Shown one piece after another: positions 53,400 to 64,000 of a DNA stretch of 64,000 nucleotides. This DNA is from Geosiphon pyriformis uo1 (lineage: Eukaryota; Fungi; Glomeromycota). The stretch spans positions 62,752-126,751 of the forward strand of contig JAAOMT010000223.1 of the NCBI GenBank assembly GCA_016748015.1, in the 5' to 3' direction. Each line of letters begins with the position of its first letter. Position 1 is the stretch's first letter. A program made the position numbers and the translations under genes. The notes under the pieces were generated by a model. It searched no databases. It saw only the letters and a list, made by a program, of their open reading frames with translations, and had not been told where the DNA came from.

Positions 53400-56300
53400 C
53401 TATATTTTAACATTTTTTATTATGCCAATAAATAATTTTTTTATTTTTTATAAATAATTTGTTTACTATTTTGGCTAAAATACTTACAATAGTTTATTTT
53501 TATAAAAATTTGTTTTTTATGTTTAAACTAAGTGTAATTCTACCAAAAACCTATATTGTTCTTATTTCTAAAAGTTAAACTATAGATCTGGCTTATGTTA
53601 TCAACAATGCATGATTGACTACTTAGTATTAACAAAAATTTTAGCTATTTATCTTCAAAGTATTTTTTATATTTTGGATTATATATGTTGTTGGACATAT
53701 GATAAAATAGTTAATTCTATATTAATAATTTGTGTAGTTATTTTGTAACAAAAGTCAACTTTTTAATAAAATGTAATTATTTTGCAATAAAAATTAACTT
53801 TTTTACAGAAGTTTTTAATTATAAGTTTCTTAATAAAAATAAAATAAAAATAAAAATAAAAATAATGGTTTTATTAAAAAGAAAATATTTTTGTTTAAAT
53901 CTAAAATTAATTTTAAAATAGTGAATTTTAAAATTATTAATTATAAAAAAAGTTAAAATAAAATTTTATTTTATTAATTTATAATTACTAATTAATTTTA
54001 AATTAAGCTTATATAAAATATATTTTCTTAAAAAATAAAGTTTTTTTTATATATTTAATTATAATATTATTTTAAGTTTTACTATTTTTTTTGCTAATAT
54101 TTTTATATATTTTGATAAATATAAGTTATTTTAATAAATTATTAATTTTTTTTTTATCTTATACAAAAAAATTTTATAAAAAATTTTTCTTATAATTATT
54201 AAACAAACTAAAATTTATTATAATATAATTAACTTTATTAAAATAAATATAACCAAAAAACTTCATAAAATATTTATATATTTTAATTTTGAAAAATAAT
54301 GGTTTAAATATAACTAACTTACAAAATTATAAGTTTAAAATATTAACTATATTTTAATTTTTTTTATAATAAACTTAATAATAAAAACAAATATTTGTGT
54401 TAATATATTTTTTAATACAAAAAAATTGTTTTATGCAAAAACTTTTTCATATTATAAATAATCAAAAATTTTTTTTAATTAAATTATTTTTTTACTTATA
54501 AAACTTAAAAATTATTAAAACTTAAACATATTTTTGTTTATTAAAACCCATTTTTTTATTTAAACAGATATTTAATAAATTCAATAAATAATTCAAAATA
54601 AAATTTTTATAATTTTTTAAAAATTTTTAACAATTTAATAGTCTTATTATCTAAAAGATTTTAACTAATTTATATATTTTATAATTATAAAAAAATTATT
54701 ATTGTTAACATAATTTAAAAAAAACATATTGAACTTTTTAATTTAAAAAAATATTGTTTATTATTATGTATTATTTAATTAAAATTTTTATAATAACATT
54801 TATTTTAAATTAATTAAATTAAATATTAAAAATAATTTTTTATTAAAATTAAATAATTTAAACCAATTTTTTAAATAACTGTTTTAAATTATAAGACTTT
54901 TATTAATTGCAAAAAATTTTATATACTTTTTAATAATAATTTAAATTTTGGTTTTTTACAGCTTTGAATTATTATATTTTAAACACTTTTTAATAATAAC
55001 TAATTTTTACTAAACTAGATTTAAATTAAAATTTAATAATATATTTTATTTACTGTTTTAATAATTATAATATTAATACTATTAACATAAATTAACTTTG
55101 TTTTTATAAAAATTTTAATATAAAAACCTAAAATTACAATTAAAAACTAACTTCTAAAAAACAAATAGATTAATAAAAATTGATTAATTATTGTAAATAT
55201 GCTTAATTATATTATTATTAACAATAATTATAACTATAAAATTTAAATAATCTAAATCAACTTAAAAATAAATATTTTAATGCTTTTAAATTTGTTTATA
55301 ATTTAAAATTTAATCTTATTTTTTTTAAATCTTTTTTCTTTAGTTAAATTGTTTATTTTTTTATATTACAAATTATAATTTTTAAATTAAGCTAATTATT
55401 AAAAAGCTAAAATAAAAAATTTATTATTAGTAAACAAAGTATTTAATTTTTAAGTTATTTAATTTAAATACAAACAAATTAAAAAGATTAAAAAAAAGAT
55501 TCAAAATTATATTTGAATTAAAAATTAGTATTTAACATAAAACAACAATAAATATTTAACTTATATATTAATTTTAAAATCTTATTTAAAAACAGTTTTA
55601 AGTTTTTTTAATATATTTATTCTTAATTTTAGAAAAAATAACAAAAAGTTTATTAAATTATTAATTAAGTTTATATTATAACTATTATTAAGACCAAAAC
55701 TATAATTTAATAATAATAAAATAAAAAATAAAAATATTTTTTTTAATATAAATAATAATAAAATAATTTTAATCAACTATTAACAATTTATGTTTAATAA
55801 ATTTTTTAGATTGGATTTTAAAAAAATTATATTTTAGCTTTATATAACCAAAATATTTATAATTTTTATAATAAGCCAAATTTTATTTAGTTTATAACAA
55901 ATTTATTTTATTAATTACCAAAATAATACTATAAGTTTTGTTTAATTTTTTTTAATCTTAAAACAAACAGTTGTATATTTTATTTTATTATTTATAACAA
56001 AAGCACAATTAATAACAAAAGTTTTTTTTTACAAAATTTTAAGATTATAAATAATAATACTTATTGGCAAAATAAACAATTATAAATAAAAACATATTAA
56101 TAACATAATTAATACTTACTTAAAAACAATAAGAGTTTCATATATTACTCAATTAATGCTTAACTGAAAAATAATAATAATAATAAATTAAAAAAGGAAT
56201 TAACTAAAAAATAATATTAATTAATAAATTAAAAAAGTAATTAATTAAAAAGATAATTATAAAAATTAAAACCAAATACGTAATAATAAATATATAATAG

Positions 56301-56400
56301 TTTTAAATTTTCAATTGTTAATAATTTTAATAAATGACTTTTTTGAATTTTAATAAAATTAATCAATAATTTAATTATAATAAATTAATTTCAAATCATA
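53400..56400 (-). mobile_element. Extremely decayed repeat block, probably a LINE relic, inside the gene island
   Basis: Over 90% AT by eye, essentially no CpG. The minus strand at ~56030-55950 gives 'KKTFVINCAFVINNKIKYTTVCFK', reminiscent of the ORF1 family seen at 6.6-8.5 kb. Family call is tentative. Confidence 0.5.
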
Positions 56401-57077
56401 GAATTAAAATACATAAATATATGTCAAATTCAAAAAAAAACAGCTGAAAGCTATATAAATTTCTTAACATATACTATCTCATTTTAAAAGTTAAGTCATC
56501 TTAAGAAAATATCATCTTGATTTTTGGGTATTTTATTCAACTGTTTAATCTTTCAATAAAACTTAAAAATCCTTCTCTCAATTAAAAATTTGTTTCTTGA
56601 GCATGAAAAAACCTTCTTTCTCGGCTATCAAAATCTTTTCGTATTTTAAAATTGAAGGCGATAATATTAGAAGAGAAGGACCATATAAATTACTTTTCTT
56701 GTTTAGATAACCAAAAAATTATCTCATAAACAATAAATAAAAAAAAGTTAAAACTTCAAAGAAATACATGCAACTAATAGAATTCGTGAAGTTACAAATG
56801 ATGAAAATACAGTTGTGTCCTGATTATGTAAAACTTGAACTATGTACACAAGTGTATCACCAAAATTCCCTATCTTGACTGGCACGTGAACTCACCGAAC
56901 ATCCCATCCCACTGTGTTATCTCGAAGTGTAGAGACAATATCTAAAATTCAAGAATATAAGGACGGAAAAAGGAAAGCCGCGAGTCTTGGGATTATATTG
57001 GAGGGGTTGAAATATCAAAATCGTCGTGAACTTGGAGATTTATTTCGAATGCAATTTATAAAATTGCCTTTAAAACC

Positions 57078-60000
57078 TTAGCCCAACGCTTTTTTCAAAT
57101 CATTCCACTTTCGTCTCAAAACCTCCCTTTCATTTTCACTTTCTGCGTAACGCATCTTGATTTCAATCAACATACTTTCTATATTCGATAACTGATCTTC
57201 TAATTGAGTGTTTTTCGTCACCAATTCAAAATTTTTACTAGCCAAAGTGTTCATCTCTTCTCTTACCCGATTTTCAATTTCTATTGGGGCATTTGTTAAA
57301 GATCTCCTGAGATCATTGACGGTATGATGAAGGGAATCATTCTCATCCTTGATCTTAGCGAGTTCTATCTTTGTATTGATCAGTTCATTCGCTATATCAA
57401 TGTGTTCACGATTCAGTGTTTGTAGACTGCCTTCTAAATTTTTCACCTGATGCGATAATTGATTATTGGAAAGACGTAGCCTTTCCATTGCGATTGTTTC
57501 GGCTGCTCTGGCTTGACGTTCTGCTTCTTGATACGCAAGAAATTGTTGTTGATATTTGTTCAACCTTTTTATAGTAATGCGAATTGAATAAGCATCCTGG
57601 ACGAATTCGTTTGTATTATATTCAGTTTCCTTTGTCCCACTCTTGGTTGGTAAATCGTTAATCTTTTAAGGATAGCAGAGATTAGTTAATTTTCTAGAAA
57701 GTATGAGCATTATTTTGAACCATAAATCCAAAATGGAGAATCATACTGACCTGATAACTCGTATAGAGACCGCTCTTTAAGAATTCCAACAATGTCTCAA
57801 ATTCCATATGTACAAGCCGATCTTCGTTCCTCTTAAGCAAAGCAATACTGAAGCGAAATAGAGCTTCTAACCCTTCGGTGAAAATGGCATCATAGATCCT
57901 TAATACTAAAGAAAGCGGGAACTTATAGGCAAAAAGAGTCATAAACCACTGGGACGCGTACATCGACGAATCAATTCCTTGTGCTTGTAGATGTTGGTGT
58001 AATTTGGGAAGCATTTCTTCCACAAGACGATCAAACTGGAAAAGACGAAGTTGAAGCCCATCCATACCCGGTAGGAAATGTCCTCGCATATTGTAAAAAG
58101 TCATCAGACGAACAAGAACACAGAAGGCTTCTTCATCAGGCATCTAAATGTGGCCAGAAGATGTTCAAAATTTGAAAACGCAAAATGTAGATGGATAGCA
58201 TACTTTTAATGGCAGTAAAGGATAGACTTACTTGCAATAATAGGGGCCCAACAACAAAAGATATTCCTTGGCAATATCCTACATCTTTGTCAAATAAAGA
58301 ATAAGCCTTGACCACATTGAACAATCCCTCTTGTCCTATCCCATTTTGATCTTGAAAATATTCGTGCTTGGGAAAAGTACGATTTAAATCTCTCATAATC
58401 AATTTCTCATGAATACTTGTTTCCTTGAGAAGTTGAGCATAAGTAGATTCCAATTCTGCATCTTTGGATTTTGACATGAGCTGCCATATCATGCCACGTA
58501 ATGCGGAAGGAATTCCCTTTTGAATCATACGGGAAAGTTGACGAGGTTGAGACTTGGCGACCGTCTCGTAATCCGAGATAATCTGCCCCCAAAAGTCTAA
58601 TCAATCATTTTTAATTAGATTATAAATTCTCAAACCGAAAATAGATATGATCAAGACTCGAAAAATACCATAAAAATGAATAATTTACCCCAATCAATAC
58701 CATCATCAACTTGCTTTTCGAAAATATTATGTTGAACGCGTTCAAAACTCTTCTTAATCTCTTCCATTCCTTGCATAGACATACGCCTGGCACGAGGATT
58801 TGCGGTCAATATTTCATTTTCTTTGTCTATCTTTGCCAAAAGTAAATCATAATTCGAATTTTGGGATATTAAAGACGCGTTGGAGAAGCGACGCAAATCT
58901 GGATCATTCATGGTCGAAGTTGATGAAATTCCAGAGCGTAGACTGAAGAGAGATGTAAAGGAACGTCCTGAGTTTGGTGTTTTTGGATAATTGATATCAT
59001 TCTGACTATCAACTTCTTCATTGCCATTTTGGTGGTGTTCAACAGTTGGTGTCGACGGTAATGAGAATGAACTAATGAACGAAGTTAAAGATTTTACAGG
59101 TGTCTGTAAGTTTTTAGGAAAACTCCATCCGACAGATTCTTCCTCTTGGGTTATTGTTTCATCATCAAGTGAGATATCATTTAAATCCGGATTTTCTCCA
59201 AGAGATGCAACAGACATTCGATTATCGGTTGCTCCTCTTTCGTCTTCCACGTCCTTTACAGAATTGTTTGGGTTTTTCGTTAATTCTACTTGATGAAGTG
59301 AAGACACCGAAGAGAAACCAGATTTCACTGAAACTGAATCAAAATCCGTATCATCTGATAAGACTGAGGAAAATAAGTTTGACTTTGACAAATTAGTTTC
59401 TTCATCCTTGACTTCATCTTCCTCTAATTGTATATCTTGCATTGAATCTGTATTGATGGGAACTATAATGCTTGAAGGTCTATTTGTTTTATATTTTTCC
59501 CTAGATTCTTTAGAACTTTGCTGAACATCAGATGTCAATTCATGAGCTGAGTCTTGATTTTCAGGCTGTAAGATATCTGAAATAGGAGTTGCAGATTGAT
59601 CCTCTTTCACTTGAGTTACAAGTTGCGAGATGGGTGAAATAGGAACTGAATATTTCTCCTCATTTACTTCATCTTTTTCTCCAGATTTCTCTTCGTTATC
59701 TGATAAAGTTTCACTTGAGTGATCTATAACACTATTTTCAGTGCTGGTAAAATCGAAATTCAGTGATTCATTATTCGAAGCTCGACTTTCGGTATCAATG
59801 TGGACGTCTTTAGAGTCTGATTTTTCGGTTTTTTTTTCAAAACTCGTTGGATCTCTAGAATTCTCATCATCTGTATTTATGGAAGCCCCTTCTTCGTATA
59901 CAGAAGAAGAAATTGACAAATTTTTACTTTGCACTTCCTCTTCATAAAGTGAAGAAGCTTGGGAACCGGGTTTATCTATGCTATACTCAGATGAACTGTT

Positions 60001-60285
60001 TGATTCTTGCTGTGTGGTTGAGTCATCTTCGCTTTCTCTATTATATGTACTGTTTTCACAACTAGAGGAATAGTCATCGAAATCGAACACATTCTCTTCC
60101 TCCTCTACCAATTCCTCCTCCTTATACTTCTTATACTCCTTCTCCTCCTCTTGCTTTTGTAGTTCTGTGTTTTCTAAAGATTTGAGGATTCCTTTTTCAT
60201 TTTTTAACAAAGTTTCATTCGCAGAAACAAAACTTTCTTCTTTCACGATGCTGGAAACTTGCTCTAGTTGCGCTCCTGTCGACAT
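57078..60285 (-). CDS. GYP5: Rab-GAP TBC-domain protein, Gyp5/Evi5 family (5 exons)
   Basis: Long acidic/Ser-rich N-terminus; 'IDW|DFWG', 'GIPSALRGMIWQ', 'IMRDLNRTFP' (Arg finger), 'GYCQG' (Gln finger), 'MYASQWFMTLF', C-terminal coiled coil. Confidence 0.92.
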
Positions 60286-61022
60286 TATGTTGTAAAGCAA
60301 GTTCTGAAACTTTGAGGAAATTGGGATATAAACGTCTATGAAGTGTCTATTTTTATGTGGGAAAAAGTCTATTGGAATTCTATTGATAGTGTTGAAACAA
60401 GTAAGGGAATTTGATATCGGCGGTAATTTGTTTGGTGTAGATTAACGCAAAAGGCAACGAATTTCAAAATTTATATTATTGATTGCTGTACAAGCGCAGC
60501 ACAGCAGTGAAGATGTTTTACAAGGATGTATTTAGATATTTTGTTTCGCATTACAAAAGATTCACCAGGCAATTGAAGTAGAGGATTTGGATTGAGGTAG
60601 TCAGGGGTCAAGTGATTGATGTGATTTTAATACAAAAAAGACTTTTGTTATGTTTGTCCACAATCTAAGTTATGCTTTAATCTGAGATTAAGAAAATAAT
60701 TCATTGCGAGAATTGTGTGTATGGTTTTCATCAACACTTTATTTCCTTTCAACAATGGAAAAATATTTCAAGGGATACTGTTGAAATCAGGATCCGAACA
60801 ATCTGACTCGAGAACCTTGCCAATTTCCAAAAAAAGAAATAGAATTTTCCGAACCACGTGTTTATGTGACTTTTGCTCGTAATGGGTAGTAGATTTTCTT
60901 TAAACATTCATTATAGATCCAAACTGAGCCTAAATTATTACCTTACTTTAAGAAATAACAAGTTTAGTATTATTAATGCCGCACTTATTGTGTCAACTCA
61001 AAGACACTCTTGCGGTTATAAT

Positions 61023-64000
61023 ATGTTTTCAAACTTGAGCAACTTGAAGGGTCGCTTGAATAATGGTCTCCAACAAGTTGCACAACAACGTGAAAGATTA
61101 GCCGATTCCAATGAAGAAAATGCTTCAAATAATCCTAATGCTGGTTACTTTCCTTCTGTTCGGCGTAGTCTCGTGAAGAATTTGAGAGCTGCAAGTTCCC
61201 AACTTTCAATTAACGAGGAAATCGGCTCGGAAGGTGATGATGAGGAAAAAGTAGGGGAAGGTGAAGAGGAGAAAGTTAAGGATATAAATTATGACTCGTT
61301 ACCTGAAGAAGTTCGACTGAAACTGGCAAAATTGAAAAAATATGAGGCTCGGGTTCCAGGTACGTCACAGATTATGTTAATTTTCTAAAACCTATTGATT
61401 AAATCAATTTTTGTTTTGGTAATAGTTTTAAAAAAATCCTATGATAAGTTGGTTAGTGAGAAAAAAGCGATTGAAGAGGTTTTAAAAAAGAATACAGATT
61501 TAGATGGGATAACAGATGTGGAAGCGTTTGAAGCACATCTGAAAAATTTAATTGTTAGGAGTGAGGTTCTTATTACAAAATTTCCTTTTCGAAAGTATCG
61601 TTGATCAGATCAGAAAACTCTATATTCTAATAGCCAATCAAATTTATTACTTTAATCCCCAAATATAGATGTCAATGGAAGAGATAAAAAGGCTAACCCA
61701 AGATTATGATGGTAAGTTTAAATGAGTCAAATTTTGTTTATATTTACTTTTCATTTATTCACCCATTTATTCTCGACTCTAGAGCAAAACCAACAATTGG
61801 AAAAATTGCATGAAATTCATAAAATAGAAGCTTCTTCCCAATCCGAAATTATCGAAGGACTTCAGAATAAACTAGAAAAACAGCAAGAGGTATGTTAAAT
61901 TAGAGAATAATAAGTTTACGACGGGTCTAGTTAAATTTATTAATTTCAAGTTTTCTAAATTTATTTATAGGAACTGATCGAATTGAAGAATAAATTAGAA
62001 TCTAGCGCAAAAATGAGTGAATCTCTTCAAGTAGCCCAAAATTTTGAAGATCGAACTGAGGAGCAAGATCAAGAAAAATATGAAGTACATCGCACAGAAA
62101 TCGATAGCATCAAAACTGAATACGAATCAAAGATTGAGGAGCTTGAGCGACGCATTGATTCGATGCTTAGAAGTCAGGAATTAAGCCAGGCTAAACAGGA
62201 GAAAGAAATTGAAAATTTAAATACAATGACATTCACAATTGAGCAGTTGCATCAGAACATCGAAAGTTATCGTGAAAAAGTAGAACAACTAGAAAAGGAA
62301 AAATCATCAATAATTGAAGAATTACAATCAGCAAAGCAGAAAAAGCATATTGAGGATCTAGAAATTTCTACCGGTATATTAACGACTCCTATCGACGAGA
62401 AAGATAAAAACCTAATCAAACTGCAATCTGAAAAAGAAGAAATTTCCTCTTCATTTAAAGAAATATCAGAGTCGACTATAGATTGTATGAAAGCCCAAGT
62501 TTCAGAAATTGAAGAAAGCCGAGACACAACATCACAATCAACACAAACTAACGAAGAACTTGTCAAAAAGGACGATCTCATGATTTTGAATGAAGAATTA
62601 AAGTCCTCAAATCAACGTATCAATGAACTTTTGAAAGAACGTGATGAACTAATTAATGGGAAAGATAAATTAATTCAAGATTTAGAGAAATCTCAGGCAA
62701 GATTTATTAATATTTCGGTGGAATTGGATCGATCAAAGGAGAAATTAACTTTAAAAGAGAAAAACTATCGACTGCTCGAATCAGATATTACTCAACTTCA
62801 TAGTGCAAAAACTACTGCGTTAGAAAAATTATCTGATGTTGAATCTCGATTAAATATTTCCATGTCTCGTGAAAGAGAACTCAAAGACTCTATATCGATA
62901 GCTAAAGCCACCATAAACGACCATAACTCTGAAATTGCAAATTTACAAAAGCAGCATACTGAGGAAAAGGAAAAGCATAACAAATCCCTTTCAGTTGTGA
63001 AAAATCTAAAGCAAAAAATTACGGTATTGGAAGAAGAAAACCGTGAACTGAGTGAAGAAATTGTTCGATTTCAAGATTCAATAGCGAACATCGAGCAAAC
63101 CTCGAGTCAAACATTGAAACAAGAGACAGCTCGCTTAAATAAGGAAATCACAGCTAAGTCGGCACAAATCACTCGACTCGAGTCAATTAGCGGAAAGTTA
63201 CGCGAGGAAAAGGATTCTTTGTTTGATCAATACCAAATTAAAGAAGCGGAATTCGAATCATCACAATCGTTGCTGGAAAATTTACAGCATCGTACTACCG
63301 AATTGACCCATCAGTTAAAGGAATGCGAGGAACGAGCACAAGCTATGGAAGAAGAGTTATCGGATAAGAAACGATCGGATAAAGAAAAATCCAAAGAATT
63401 GGAAACTCTAAAAATCAAATTTATGGAGATCAAAAGCGAATCAGAAAAGAAAATCTCCTCATTACAGAAACAAGTCGAAGATTTCAAATTGGCTAGGGAC
63501 AATGCTGAACAAGAATTATCGATTGTTCAACATATGGTCGAAAACAGAGAAGAGGAAGCCAATGTTGCATTGAGAAAATATAGAGAAGAAGATGGTCGAA
63601 TTCAAATGTTAGAATTTGAAAATAGGTCCTTGAAAGAACAAGCTGTTAAATTGGAGGAAACAATTAATGGTTTGCGCACTGAAATTGGAATTTTAGAGAC
63701 CAAATTGGTAAAGGAGATTTTTATACATACCTCTTTCAAGAAACTTCGCTATACTATTGTAATAAGATTGGAAAAAATCATTTATTAGAATGAATACCAT
63801 GATATAGAAACAACAGCTCAACGAGACAAGCAGCAGCATGAACAACTGCTTGAAGAATCTCGGATGCGTGAAAGTCATTTACGCACGGTAAACAAGGTAA
63901 AAGTTTTTTTTGATCGTGTGATATTTTGGGAAAAGCTTTAATGATAAAAACCACAAAAGAATCAAAATTAGCCACTTTGTCTGTATATTATCCCAAAGTA
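61023..64000 (+). CDS. Long coiled-coil protein, probable Imh1-like golgin; runs off the window end
   Basis: ATG at 61023; 'LPEEVRLKLAKLKKYEARVP' resembles the N-terminal motif of fungal Imh1-like golgins; multi-exon heptad-rich ORF. The GRIP domain is not within the window. Confidence 0.65.

Noticed and set aside
57655-57755. U12-type (minor) intron in GYP5, suggested by TCCTTAA near the acceptor
   Set aside because: The donor is GTCAGT, not GTATCCTT. I found no RTATCCTT donor in any gene model here, by eye.
59021-63502. Antisense Ser/Phe/Leu-rich ORFs within GYP5 and the golgin
   Set aside because: Typical shadow frames of Glu/Lys-rich coding sequence.

Overview
Eukaryotic nuclear DNA with short GT-AG introns, most likely from a Glomeromycotina (arbuscular-mycorrhizal-type) fungus. 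The decayed LINE peptides resemble, from memory only, repeat-derived proteins of Geosiphon/Archaeosporales; this needs BLAST. The window has two compartments. (1) Bases 1 to ~28 kb, plus 53.4-56.4 kb, are extremely AT-rich and almost CpG-free. They hold relic LINE retrotransposons, a 5'-truncated Tc1/mariner, an internally deleted hAT element inside a BTB/TLDc pseudogene, a SEL1-repeat/kinase pseudogene, and two Crinkler-like (REase-fold + kinase-like) genes that share a coiled-coil first exon. (2) Bases ~28.9-53.4 kb and 57-64 kb are a compact housekeeping island: mitochondrial Obg GTPase, G-protein gamma, Ash2/Bre2, Tim17, ricin-lectin/CipC, eL36, a divergent eS30, SR-protein kinase, Sit4/PP6, Cgr1, TilS-like, CoA-binding protein, Evi5/Gyp5 Rab-GAP and an Imh1-like golgin. 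Most notable observations: directional C>T/G>A hypermutation of repeats in non-CpG contexts (RIP-like); an intronless ORF that looks derived from Mollicutes-related endobacteria, next to a TGA-rich frame; a non-canonical, better-conserved header exon on the Crinkler-like genes; and an eS30 with an insertion. Three assembly gaps (4305-4362, 4880-5201, 28068-28876) limit interpretation. All gene models were spliced by eye.
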